Source of the DNA: an uncultured Clostridia bacterium
GTDB taxonomy: Bacteria; Bacillota; Clostridia; Peptostreptococcales; Anaerovoracaceae
NCBI GenBank assembly: GCA_947426455.1
Contig: CANEEC010000002.1
Coordinates: forward strand, 15,430 to 79,429
DNA: 64,000 nt
Direction: 5' to 3'
Of this stretch, positions 21,209 through 30,424 are shown one piece after another. The notes beneath the pieces were generated by a model that was not told the DNA's origin, did no database searches, and worked only from the letters and a program-made list of their open reading frames with translations. Within the stretch, counting starts at the first letter, position 1. Every line of letters starts with the position of its first letter. The position numbers and the translations under genes are program-made.

Positions 21209-22507
21209 TTATTCTTTATCCGGCAGGATCGCATTCAGGATGATTCCCGTCAGCGCGCCAACCGCAAGGCCGGAAAGGCTGATGGTGATTCCAAAGACGT
21301 GGAAGATGATGGCACCGGCCGTACTGTAGTTGATGCCGATGGATAAAACTAAGATCAAAGCCGCGATGATCACATTGCGGGACTTCGCAAAATTCACCTG
21401 ATTTTCCACCATATTGCGCACTCCCACCGCCGAGATCATACCGTAGAGAATCAGCGAAATCCCGCCTACAGTAGCCGTAGGCATCGCCTGAATCACCGCC
21501 GCAAACTTGGGACAGAAGGAGAAAACAATGGCAAACACCGCCGCCAGCCTGACCACAAGGGGATCGTATACCTTGGACAGGTTCAGCACTCCCGTATTTT
21601 CACCGTAAGTGGTGTTGGCCGGCGCTCCAAACAGAGAAGCGGCGATGGTGGCCAGACCGTCTCCCAGAAGGGTTCTGTGAAGTCCCGGATCTTCGATGTA
21701 GTTGCGTCCTGTGGTGGAGGAAATGGCCGAAATGTCGCCGATGTGCTCCACGATGGTGGCCAAAGCGATGGGCATGATAGTGATGATAGCAGTGATCAGC
21801 ATGGACGGATCGAAGGTTTCGTCAAACAGCGCCAGCACCGTCATCTCCCGCCGAAGGGGAACGCCGATGAGATCGGCGGTCTGCACTGTGGAAAAATCCA
21901 CCGCTCCCATGCACACGCCCACCAGATAGGATACGACGACACCGATCAAAATGGGAATGATCTTGACCATGCCCTTACCGAAGATGTTGCAGACAATGAC
22001 GGTAACGATGGCCGCCAGCGCGATAATCCAGTTGGTGGAACAGCTGTTGACCGCCGACTGGGACAGCGTCAGTCCGATGGCCATAATGATGGGACCCGTG
22101 ACGATGGGCGGAAAATACCGCATGATCTTTCGAGCCGAAAAGAGACGAATCAACCCTGCCATGATCAGATACATCACCCCGGCGCAGGCTACGCCAAAGC
22201 AGGCGTAAGGAATCATTGCCACATTGCTGCTTCCGTCCGCAAGCTGGGGCGCAATGGCCGCATACCCGCCTAAAAACGCAAAAGAAGAACCGAGAAAGGC
22301 CGGAACCTTCCCGCCGGTCACCGCGTGAAACAACAGCGTCCCCAGGCCGGCAAACAGAAGGGTCGTCCCCACATCAAGTCCGGTGAGCAGCGGCACCAAA
22401 ACCGTGGAACCGAACATAGCGAACATGTGTTGAAATCCCAAAACCACGGTTTTTCCCGCGCCCAGCTCTTTTACATCGTAAATCGCCTCATGCGTTTTAT
22501 GCTTCAT
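21209..22507 (-). CDS. NCS2 family uracil/xanthine permease
   Basis: 432 aa, polytopic. It has a typical uraA/pyrP-like N-terminus (GFQHMFAMFGSTVLVPLLTG) and is convergent with upp. Confidence 0.85.
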   Translation of the reverse strand: MKHKTHEAIYDVKELGAGKTVVLGFQHMFAMFGSTVLVPLLTGLDVGTTLLFAGLGTLLFHAVTGGKVPAFLGSSFAFLGGYAAIAPQLADGSSNVAMIPYACFGVACAGVMYLIMAGLIRLFSARKIMRYFPPIVTGPIIMAIGLTLSQSAVNSCSTNWIIALAAIVTVIVCNIFGKGMVKIIPILIGVVVSYLVGVCMGAVDFSTVQTADLIGVPLRREMTVLALFDETFDPSMLITAIITIMPIALATIVEHIGDISAISSTTGRNYIEDPGLHRTLLGDGLATIAASLFGAPANTTYGENTGVLNLSKVYDPLVVRLAAVFAIVFSFCPKFAAVIQAMPTATVGGISLILYGMISAVGVRNMVENQVNFAKSRNVIIAALILVLSIGINYSTAGAIIFHVFGITISLSGLAVGALTGIILNAILPDKE

Positions 22508-22685
22508 CCTCTTTCCTCCTTTGCGATTCCTATGACTGTCTGATGTGTAACTGTTTTCTGCGAAAGCGGCATTGCCCTTGATTTATGAAACGGCTTGCCG
22601 CACTGTTCTTATTATAGCACTAAATCGCAAAATCCCTAATGTTTTCTTCTTCTTTTACAAAAACATTTCGTATTCTTTTCTTTGC

Positions 22686-22717
22686 AAAAAAATACCCCAG
22701 ACTGCGAAAGCCTGGGG
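22686..22717 (-). terminator. terminator after the anti-sigma-like gene
   Basis: The minus strand reads CCCCAG-GCTTTCGCAGT-CTGGGG followed by TATTTTTTT. Confidence 0.7.
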
Positions 22718-22747
22718 TTGATCCCGATCGCCTGAAATTTTTCAGCA

Positions 22748-23350
22748 TCATTCTCCGGCGCTAAATTCCTTCGGGTCAAGATATCTGCTGGGACTCATGG
22801 CATACCCCTGTCCATAGGGAATCGTCACATACTGCACTGTATCTCCGACCTTCAGCTGCAGATAGCAAACCCCGTCTTCAAATTGATCCGTAATATCCAT
22901 CACCTGATCCATATAATAGAACTTTACCGTTCCGTCGTCACCGTATTCCAGATCGGGAGCGTTGATCTGCTCCATCAGTTCCTCTTCGGTCAGCGGCCGC
23001 TCGCTTCCGTCCTCCTCAATAGCGACGCCGCCGCCCCGTTCTTCCACTTCCGTACCCTGGTCATCCGGATACTTGATATAATAAGAACCGTCTTCCTCAT
23101 TAAACTCCATCACAGCCGTAGTCTGATCCCCGTGAACCCAAACCTGCACCGTTCGCTGAATTCCCCCCAGATCAGCGGCATAGACCGTAGCCGCGCCGGT
23201 CACCAACACCATGCACGCAGCAAGTCCCGCTGCAATATAGTTTTTTCTCCTCTTTTGACTGATGATTGCCATGTTTTCTACCTCCAAAGAAATCCGTTCG
23301 GAGGCCTGTAACGCCGAAAAGGCTTGTTTATATTTCTCCCGATTCGTCAT
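22748..23350 (-). CDS. putative anti-sigma factor: single-pass membrane protein with an extracytoplasmic domain
   Basis: 200 aa. It overlaps the ECF sigma gene by 23 nt. It has a short cytoplasmic N-terminus, a TM segment (YIAAGLAACMVLVTGAATVYA) and an acidic external domain. Confidence 0.55.
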   Translation of the reverse strand: MTNREKYKQAFSALQASERISLEVENMAIISQKRRKNYIAAGLAACMVLVTGAATVYAADLGGIQRTVQVWVHGDQTTAVMEFNEEDGSYYIKYPDDQGTEVEERGGGVAIEEDGSERPLTEEELMEQINAPDLEYGDDGTVKFYYMDQVMDITDQFEDGVCYLQLKVGDTVQYVTIPYGQGYAMSPSRYLDPKEFSAGE

Positions 23351-23822
23351 CTTCCCATTCCTCCTTCAATACTTCTTTGAGCCGCTTTCTTCCGCGCGAT
23401 AGCCGAGTCTTGACGTTGCTTTCCGATATCCGTAGAATTCTCGCAATGTCCCGCACAGCGTAATCCTCAAAGTAAAACAGATGGATCACGATGCGGTACG
23501 GTTCCGGAAGCCGCATGACCGTCTCAAAGAGGCGTTCCGACTGCGGCGTTTCAAATACCAGAATTTCCATATACTCCTCCAGCGGCACTCTATGGATCCG
23601 CCAGAATTTTTTGTTTGCGTTCTTCGCCTTATTGATGGCTACCCGCAAAAGCCACGCGCGAATATGCTGCTCGTCTTCAAACTCCTTTTTGCTTGTGTGA
23701 TATTGGAAAAACGTATCCCAAACGATGTCCTCGGCCTCCTCCGCATCTCTGCAGATGTGAAATGCCGCCGCATAGAGATTGTTTTGATACTGTTCCGCCA
23801 ATGTCTGAACAGATGGTCTCAT
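23328..23822 (-). CDS. RNA polymerase ECF-type sigma-70 factor
   Basis: Region 2 reads AEDIVWDTFFQY...IRAWLLRVAINKAKN. Region 4 reads YRIVIHLFYFEDYAVRDIARILRISESNVKTRLSRGRKRLKE. The ATG at 23822 has an AGGGAGAG RBS. Confidence 0.85.
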   Translation of the reverse strand: MRPSVQTLAEQYQNNLYAAAFHICRDAEEAEDIVWDTFFQYHTSKKEFEDEQHIRAWLLRVAINKAKNANKKFWRIHRVPLEEYMEILVFETPQSERLFETVMRLPEPYRIVIHLFYFEDYAVRDIARILRISESNVKTRLSRGRKRLKEVLKEEWEDDESGEI

Positions 23823-23988
23823 GAGCACTCTCCCTATTCCTTCTCCGAAAAGCCTTTCACTAATAACACAACCCACACGGCAAAAAGGTGACAATCTTCT
23901 TCGTTATTTTTTATTTTTACATTTTATCGGGATTTCAGTTGACGTCGAATACCACAGGGCTTCCGCTGTTCACCGAATACCGGAAGTC

Positions 23989-24393
23989 TCAGTTGCCCGT
24001 CGCGGATGAAAAATTCGATACGTAAGCGCTAAGCTCCACCAGATTGCCGTCCGGGTCACGCAGATAGAGGCTGTCAATGGCGCCCATGGCTCCGGTGCGT
24101 CTGGCGATCCCCAGTTCTATGGGATAGCCTTTCTTTTCAATTTCGTCTCTGATATCTTCCATGCCGCCCTCCACGATCAGGCAGATGTCCTGACTGCCGT
24201 AGGTGACGTTCTTCGCGGCCGGAAGAAATTCCGCCTTCTTTCGGTGAATGTTGATCTTCTGCGTTCCGAATCTGACGGCGTACCTGTCGTTGCGATGCTC
24301 CAACTCCATATCCAAAATGTCCACATAAAAATGCAAACACTCCTCTAAATTCTGTGTAGTGATCACCAAATGATCGAAATGCGATACCTTCAT
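23989..24393 (-). CDS. VOC (glyoxalase/bleomycin-resistance/dioxygenase) family protein
   Basis: MKVSHFDHLVITTQNLEECLHFYVDILDM...LYLRDPDGNLVEL matches the family. The ATG at 24393 has an AAAGGAG RBS. Confidence 0.75.
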   Translation of the reverse strand: MKVSHFDHLVITTQNLEECLHFYVDILDMELEHRNDRYAVRFGTQKINIHRKKAEFLPAAKNVTYGSQDICLIVEGGMEDIRDEIEKKGYPIELGIARRTGAMGAIDSLYLRDPDGNLVELSAYVSNFSSATGN

Positions 24394-24415
24394 AACCGAA
24401 CTCCTTTCTCGTCTT

Positions 24416-25162
24416 TTATTTTCTGCAAACATCTACAAAAACCCGAAACAGGTGCTGCTGCTGACGGGAATCGAACATCATCTCCGGATGCCACTGAACG
24501 CCTATTGCAAATTTACGATTTTTCGCTTCAATGGCCTCAGGAACCTCATCCGAAGAGACGGCGGTGATCTTTACACCTTGCCCCACATCTCGCACGGCCT
24601 GATGATGAAAGGAATTCACCATGATTTCTTTCGCTTCGAAAATTCTATACAATGCGGAATCCTGCGCCAAAGAGACTTTGTGCCAGCCTGCGTTTCGAGA
24701 ATACCGCTCCTCGCCGAAATGGTTCTCAAAACCTCCTTCTTTCGCCAGATCCTGATAAACCGTACCACCCATGGCCACATTCAGAATCTGTGCGCCCCGG
24801 CAGATGCCCAAAAGCGGTTTATCCCGATTCAGCATGTACTCAGTCACAGCCAAATCCTGAGCGTCACGCCTATGAGACACCACACCGCAATATTCCTTTG
24901 GAAAAGCGCCGTAGCGCTCAGGACCCACATCATGTCCGCCGCTGACCAATATACCGTCCAATCTGTCCAGCAGAGGCTTCATCGTATCAAACTCGCTGCA
25001 CTGAGGAATCAAAATGGGAACCGCGCCGGCTCTTTCCAGCGCGTAAATATAATCTCCGGCCAAATAGACGCCGTCCTGCCCGTCGATAATCAGGTCGGTG
25101 GACGCACCCCAACCGCTGCGCTCATCATAATTGCAGGTAATCCCAATCCAAGGTTTTTTCAT
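24416..25162 (-). CDS. class I glutamine amidotransferase / peptidase C26 (gamma-glutamyl-GABA hydrolase-like)
   Basis: GICRGAQILNV carries the nucleophile Cys, and HHQAV plus QWHPE are also present. Confidence 0.8.
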   Translation of the reverse strand: MKKPWIGITCNYDERSGWGASTDLIIDGQDGVYLAGDYIYALERAGAVPILIPQCSEFDTMKPLLDRLDGILVSGGHDVGPERYGAFPKEYCGVVSHRRDAQDLAVTEYMLNRDKPLLGICRGAQILNVAMGGTVYQDLAKEGGFENHFGEERYSRNAGWHKVSLAQDSALYRIFEAKEIMVNSFHHQAVRDVGQGVKITAVSSDEVPEAIEAKNRKFAIGVQWHPEMMFDSRQQQHLFRVFVDVCRK

Positions 25163-25282
25163 ATTTCCCTCCTGTCATCCAATCTTGTAACAATCCGCGG
25201 TACATTCACCGCAGATCATGATGATTTTGTCTATCATTATTATGGGAAATCCGTTGTTTGTCAACTGCAATTACTTCAAATA

Positions 25283-25314
25283 GAAAAACCCCAAAACACA
25301 GAGTTTCGGGGTTT
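25283..25314 (-). terminator. terminator after rpsI
   Basis: AAACCCCGAAAC/GTTTTGGGGTTT hairpin followed by a T-run on the minus reading. Confidence 0.8.
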
Positions 25315-25334
25315 GCAGATTCTTTGGCAGACAA

Positions 25335-25727
25335 TTATCTCTTTGAGAACTGAGACGCTCTTCTCGCCTTTTTCAGACCGTACTTCTTTCTTTCCTTCAT
25401 TCTCGGGTCACGAGTCAGGAAGCCAGCCGCCTTCAGCGCCGGTCTGTTTTCCGGATCAGCCACGCACAGAGCTCTGGAGATACCGTGTCTCAAAGCTCCG
25501 GCCTGACCGGTAAAGCCACCGCCGCGAACGGTTGCCACTACGTCAAACTTACCTTCAGCTCCAGCCACTTCCAGAGGTCTCTTTACCTCTCTTTTTACGA
25601 TTTCCATACCGAAGTAATCGTTCAGATCCTTCTTATTTACGGTGATATTACCGGTACCAGGGATCAATCTTACTCTGGCTACGGAAGATTTTCTTCTGCC
25701 TGTTCCGCAGTACTGCATTTTTGCCAT
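25335..25727 (-). CDS. rpsI: 30S ribosomal protein S9
   Basis: 130 aa: [21 protein letters not shown]...[12 protein letters not shown]. Confidence 0.97.
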   Translation of the reverse strand: MAKMQYCGTGRRKSSVARVRLIPGTGNITVNKKDLNDYFGMEIVKREVKRPLEVAGAEGKFDVVATVRGGGFTGQAGALRHGISRALCVADPENRPALKAAGFLTRDPRMKERKKYGLKKARRASQFSKR

Positions 25728-26175
25728 TTTGATGTCCTCCCTTCAAGTAGAAATTCCAGATTTCCGGCTTCTGAGCTTCATGCTTGTGTTCCGGACCGGC
25801 ATACACTTTCAGCTTCTTCGCCATCTCTCTGCCCAGAGGACCCTTCGGCAGCATACCCTTTACGGCATGACGCAGAATTTCTTCCGGCTTTCTTTCCAGT
25901 AACTTTTCAAAGGTGATCTCCCGCAGACCGCCGGGATAGCCGGTGTGTCTCTTGTAGATCTTTTCCTTTCTCTTCTTTCCGGTCACTTCCACTTTCTCAG
26001 CGTTGATGATAATGACATAGTCGCCGGTATCAACGTGGGGAGTGTAGATCGGCTTTTTCTTTCCTCTCAGGATGGAAGCAGCTTCGCTGGCCAGTCTGCC
26101 CAGGGTCTTACCCTCGGCGTCCAGTACATACCACTTTCTTTCCACTTCCTGAGGCTTTGCAATGTAGGACTTCAT
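25648..26175 (-). CDS. rplM: 50S ribosomal protein L13, with an atypical 3' extension overlapping rpsI by 80 nt
   Basis: [30 protein letters not shown]... is canonical. The frame has no stop at the usual position after ...HEAQKPE and continues for about 33 more codons into rpsI. Confidence 0.9.
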   Translation of the reverse strand: MKSYIAKPQEVERKWYVLDAEGKTLGRLASEAASILRGKKKPIYTPHVDTGDYVIIINAEKVEVTGKKRKEKIYKRHTGYPGGLREITFEKLLERKPEEILRHAVKGMLPKGPLGREMAKKLKVYAGPEHKHEAQKPEIWNFYLKGGHQNGKNAVLRNRQKKIFRSQSKIDPWYR

Positions 26176-26313
26176 GTTAAACCTCCTTGTCTACTGGGAT
26201 CTCTGCAAGATCGTGTTCGACACTACAAAAAATAACGTGAGGGCCACGGCCGGTGTTCCAGCCTGCACCCTGCGTATATCGTAAAAAGCCGCAAAACGGC
26301 TTTGAACAATCCA

Positions 26314-26345
26314 CAAAAAAACGTGCATTGCGGCACAATGCACGT
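26314..26345 (-). terminator. terminator hairpin after the PsiE-like gene, overlapping the predicted rplM transcription start
   Basis: The minus strand reads ACGTGCATTG-TGCCG-CAATGCACGT followed by T7. Confidence 0.65.
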
Positions 26346-26347
26346 CC

Positions 26348-26376
26348 AGTATATAAAATTTCAACCCTTGTGTCAA
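26348..26376 (-). promoter_or_regulatory. near-consensus sigma-A promoter of rplM-rpsI
   Basis: The minus strand reads TTGACA, a 17-nt spacer, then TATACT. Confidence 0.6.
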
Positions 26377-26416
26377 TCGAATTTTTGCGGTTTTATAAAA
26401 GTTTTTTGAAAATCGC

Positions 26417-26950
26417 CTATCTGTGGTGCTGCGAATACTCCTTCCAAACCCCCGCCTTTTCGATGACCTCCATGGTATTCATCTCGTCGGTGCTCAGCGG
26501 TTGGTTTTGCTTTTCCTTCGTGCGTATCTTTTCCAATATGCGTTCCAGATGCGCCCTCTCCTCATTTTGGTCGTACAGGAATCTCCAGATAGCAAACAGA
26601 CCGGCGATGGCAATGACTCCCAGAAGATGTCCCTGCATGCTGTGATCCAGGATCAACTGGCGCGCCGTGGCAAACATCAGCACCTCCAATACGGCTCCGT
26701 GAGACCGCACCGTAATCATCTTGATAAACTCCAAACCCACCACCAGATTCAAAATATCGCTCAGCATATCGTTCAGCCTTACCGTACTGAAATCCGCGTT
26801 GAATATCTGGTAGGAAATGACCAAATCGATCAATTCAATTCCGATGGCCAGGAGAATAATCAGTGAAATGATCCACTCAAAGGCCGTGGACGCATGCAGC
26901 ACCAACTTCGACAGCTTTTTCGAAATCTCTATGTAATACTCCTTTTTCAC
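26417..26950 (-). CDS. PsiE (phosphate-starvation-inducible E) family membrane protein with a charged C-terminal tail
   Basis: 177 aa. The GLEFIKMITVRSHGAVLEVLMFATARQLILDH pattern resembles the PsiE core. There are 4 predicted TM segments. Confidence 0.5.
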   Translation of the reverse strand: MKKEYYIEISKKLSKLVLHASTAFEWIISLIILLAIGIELIDLVISYQIFNADFSTVRLNDMLSDILNLVVGLEFIKMITVRSHGAVLEVLMFATARQLILDHSMQGHLLGVIAIAGLFAIWRFLYDQNEERAHLERILEKIRTKEKQNQPLSTDEMNTMEVIEKAGVWKEYSQHHR

Positions 26951-27027
26951 ACAAGCTCCTTTCGCGCTGAAAGAACGATCCGTAGGTATTCCTACGGATC
27001 TTCGGTTTGTTCTATTTTATCATATAT

Positions 27028-28356
27028 TTACTCGTTTCGCAAGCTTTCCAGCGCCGACAGATTCATGGCGCGCCGTGCCGGTCCATAACCCGCCGCCACG
27101 CCTACAAACGTAGCGAAGGCAAGCGCCCCCACCGCAATGTACCACGGTATGATGGAAACCGACGAGCCGTAGCCGCCGATATCGCTGAAAATAGAACCCA
27201 TAACGCCCACCAGTACCGTATTCATCAGGAAGGAAATCAAATAACTGAGCGCCAGTCCGATCAGACCGCCGCCAAAGCCGATCAATCCCGCCTCAATGAG
27301 GAACATTTTGCGAATATCCTTCAAATTCGCACCAATGACCTTCATGACGCCGATTTCCTTGGTGCGCTCATAGATGGACATGATCATGGTATTGGTGATG
27401 CCCAGCGCCGCTACAAACAGGGAAATGCCGCCGATGCCGCCCAATACGCCCTGAATCATCCGCGCCGTATCCTGCATGGCGTTCAGCCAATCGGTGGCGC
27501 TGTAGGTATAATATCCCATGTCGTCCTTGAGAATTTCGATGATATCCTCCACTTCGTTGATATCGCTGACGTACACCCATGCCTGGTCGTAGGTCTTGCC
27601 CTGGCGTCCATTGGCGGTGGTATTTTCTTTTCTCGCTTTTTTATTGGCCGCGATGATTTCTTCCAAGTCGTCGATGTTCATATACACGCGGTAAGAGGAT
27701 TCATCGTTTTCCGAGGCTAAAACACCCACGCCCTTACCCTTGAATTCGGGATAGGTGATTTTATCGGGATCGGAGCTTTTCTTTTTCATTCCATACTCCC
27801 AATCCGCCGTAATCACCAGCTTCTCATCCACCACGTCCTCCGGTTCGTCGCTCCAATCGTTTTTGTTGGGGTTGTAAAACCACATAGGGACATTGTTTCC
27901 AAAGAGAACGCCGTTTTTATCGCTGGGGCGCAGCATCCGTCCTTCGCCGATTTCATAATTGAACTTCTCAAACACCTCTGCATCGATGCCCACGAATTCC
28001 GTCTGTGTCACCTTTTTCCCTACGGCAACGGTCATGTACTCGCTGACCACCGGGGTTACCGCGTCCACGCCCTTGATCTCGCCCATGGTTTTCAGCGTCT
28101 TATCGTTGATGATTCCCTTCAGATCGTTCTTATCGGCATTCACGCCGGAACCGCCGTTGGCCGACACCTGAATCAGGTGCAGGTTGCCATAGCTTTCAAT
28201 CTGTTCCTGGAAATTCGCCGTCAGGCCGTAACCGATGGACAGCATGACCACAATGGCGCAGGTTCCTACCACCACGCCGATGACCGCCAGCAGCGTCCTC
28301 GCCCGGCGGCGGAAAAGGTTGCGGAAACAGAGGTCTAATAAATCTCTGCTATTCAT
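27028..28356 (-). CDS. ABC transporter permease, FtsX/MacB-like with a large extracytoplasmic loop
   Basis: 442 aa. Layout is N-terminal TM, then a roughly 250-aa loop, then a C-terminal FtsX 3-TM bundle (...IGVMKVIGANLKDIRKMFLIEAG...). Confidence 0.85.
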   Translation of the reverse strand: MNSRDLLDLCFRNLFRRRARTLLAVIGVVVGTCAIVVMLSIGYGLTANFQEQIESYGNLHLIQVSANGGSGVNADKNDLKGIINDKTLKTMGEIKGVDAVTPVVSEYMTVAVGKKVTQTEFVGIDAEVFEKFNYEIGEGRMLRPSDKNGVLFGNNVPMWFYNPNKNDWSDEPEDVVDEKLVITADWEYGMKKKSSDPDKITYPEFKGKGVGVLASENDESSYRVYMNIDDLEEIIAANKKARKENTTANGRQGKTYDQAWVYVSDINEVEDIIEILKDDMGYYTYSATDWLNAMQDTARMIQGVLGGIGGISLFVAALGITNTMIMSIYERTKEIGVMKVIGANLKDIRKMFLIEAGLIGFGGGLIGLALSYLISFLMNTVLVGVMGSIFSDIGGYGSSVSIIPWYIAVGALAFATFVGVAAGYGPARRAMNLSALESLRNE

Positions 28357-28367
28357 AGCGCCCTCCG

Positions 28368-30383
28368 TTATTCATCTTCCATCTCCAGCTGTTGGTGCAT
28401 CTTCTTTTTACGGTGTCTGCGGAACAGGACGATTCCCGCAACGGCAGCCACAACTCCCACAGCGATAATGACTTTCCAGGGTACGGCGGATTCCGGTTCC
28501 TCCGGCATCGGCTCCATGCCCGGATCATCCCATTCCGGCATCTCCATGGCCTCGAACACGAATTCCTTTTCCACCGTCCGCTCCTGGCCGGATACATCTT
28601 CGTAGGTGAAAATGATCTTCCCTTCCATGGAACCCACTTCTCTGGGAATGAAGCTGAAACTGAAATCATCGGTAGAACCGCTGCTCATATTTCCCACGTA
28701 ATAGCTGTTGGATTCCATGGTATCGAAATTTCCTTCAGCGGTGACCCGCAGATTGTTCAGCGTGGTCTTTCCCATGTTGTAAAATTCTACGCTGGTGCTG
28801 CCCTGGGAACCTACGTAGCACTCATAAGGAGCCGCTACGTCGCCCACTTCCAGCCGGGTATCCTGTACCAGAGGAATGGAAATGGTATCCTCTGCGGTAT
28901 ACGCGTTTCCGGCGCTGTCCTCATACTCCATGCTGACTGTCATCGCAGCCGTAGCCTGCTCCGTTCCGGCATTGGCGCGCAGGTGAACCACCTTGTTATA
29001 GTGACCCTTGGCCTTGATGGAATCCACGAAAAAGGCGTTGGAATTTCCCACCGGAACAAAGACATCTCCTCCGGATACCGTCACCTTCACGTTGCTCAGA
29101 TCTTTTCCCGCCGTGTTCATCAGACCTATGGTCAGCGGAAACTCATCTCCAGCCTTCACATAGCCGCCGCCGTAGTCGTAGGTATCCACCATCAGGCGGG
29201 GCGTCTTGACCGAAGCGCTGTTAGCGTCAGCCTTCACGTAGACACTGGTATACTGCATCACCTGACTTGCAGTTTCATCCTCCAACGAGCTGACGCTCAG
29301 CTTGATGGGATAGGTAGCGTCCTTGCTCTCGTCGGTGGCCATCAGTGTCACTTTATAGCTCTTGCTTTCTCCGGCGGCCAGGGAATTCTCCACGAAGGTA
29401 GCCGTGGTTTTGTTCAGCAGTCCCTCGGGAATATCAGCTTCGATTTTCAGCTGCTTTGCGGCCGTACTTCCGTTATTGCGAACGGTAAAGGACAGCGTAA
29501 AATCCTTCTCGGGCTGCACGGTCTGCGCCGCGGATACGTTGCTGATCACCAGATTCTTCGTAGCCGCGCCCCCGTTTCCTCCGATGGCGGAAATGTAAAA
29601 TGTATCTTCAAACGTGCGATCCTCCCAGCCGTCGCCCTTGGCCACTTTCGCCTTTACGCTCAGCTTGATGGGATGGTTGGTATTCTTCACAGAATCATCT
29701 ACCTTCAGCGGAAAAATAGCGTTCTTTCGGTCTCCTACGCTCAGATATCCCAAATTCGCCGTCGCCGAGGAATTGTTGACGGTGATTCCCTCCGGCAGGG
29801 AAATTTCCGCGCTGACGTCCTGCATGCGAACGCTGCCCCGATTGTAAAATTCAAACCGCAGGCTGTTGATCTGACCGGCAACCAAACCCTCAGGATTATC
29901 CAATGCGTAGTTGATTCCCAGACCATCGTAAGTTCCGTTAGTAGCGGTAAGAGAGACTCTCATATTGGAGCTTCCTACGGTCTCGCCGTTTTCTTCGGCC
30001 TCGACCACCAGCGTGTAGGTGGCGTTGCCCAGGGTTTTGGAAATGTCCACGGCGAAGGACATCTTCGTCTCTTCGTTGGGCGCCAGCGTTACATTCATCG
30101 GCTTTGTCTTTACGGTAAACTGACCTTGTCTTCCGTTGAGTTTCACCGTTACGGTATGCGTCGTCTGAGCATCGTTGTTCTTCACCGTCACTTCGATGGG
30201 ATGCTCTTTATCTCCCGGGGCAGCGTAAAATCCACCGTTTTGAGAGATTTTGATATAATTCCTGGAAGCTCCGTACACGGGATGGGGAACCATCACCATG
30301 CCAAACAGCATCAGGGTCACCAGGAAAAGGGAAATGACCTTTCCCATGGCTCGATTCGTTATGTACTCACTGCGGTTGTTCAT
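28368..30383 (-). CDS. large cell-surface protein with repeated CARDB/NEW3-like Ig-fold modules, an N-terminal signal and a C-terminal TM anchor
   Basis: Signal is ...MVMVPHPVYG/AS. There are five to six repeats of the pattern [FV].[VF].N.G......[VL]....[LI]P.G (for example FEFYNRGSVRMQDVSAEISLPEGI and FTVRNNGSTAAKQLKIEADIPEGL). The C-terminus is WKVIIAVGVVAAVAGIVLFRRHRKKK. The ATG at 30383 has an AGGGAGGA RBS. Confidence 0.7.
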   Translation of the reverse strand: MNNRSEYITNRAMGKVISLFLVTLMLFGMVMVPHPVYGASRNYIKISQNGGFYAAPGDKEHPIEVTVKNNDAQTTHTVTVKLNGRQGQFTVKTKPMNVTLAPNEETKMSFAVDISKTLGNATYTLVVEAEENGETVGSSNMRVSLTATNGTYDGLGINYALDNPEGLVAGQINSLRFEFYNRGSVRMQDVSAEISLPEGITVNNSSATANLGYLSVGDRKNAIFPLKVDDSVKNTNHPIKLSVKAKVAKGDGWEDRTFEDTFYISAIGGNGGAATKNLVISNVSAAQTVQPEKDFTLSFTVRNNGSTAAKQLKIEADIPEGLLNKTTATFVENSLAAGESKSYKVTLMATDESKDATYPIKLSVSSLEDETASQVMQYTSVYVKADANSASVKTPRLMVDTYDYGGGYVKAGDEFPLTIGLMNTAGKDLSNVKVTVSGGDVFVPVGNSNAFFVDSIKAKGHYNKVVHLRANAGTEQATAAMTVSMEYEDSAGNAYTAEDTISIPLVQDTRLEVGDVAAPYECYVGSQGSTSVEFYNMGKTTLNNLRVTAEGNFDTMESNSYYVGNMSSGSTDDFSFSFIPREVGSMEGKIIFTYEDVSGQERTVEKEFVFEAMEMPEWDDPGMEPMPEEPESAVPWKVIIAVGVVAAVAGIVLFRRHRKKKMHQQLEMEDE

Positions 30384-30424
30384 CTCTTGTCCTCCCTTAA
30401 CCATCCTTGTACACGTATTTCATG

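Noticed and set aside
24452-25513. A 353-aa + strand ORF.
   Set aside because: It is antisense to the C26 amidotransferase and to rpsI, and it crosses the rpsI terminator. It has no motifs.
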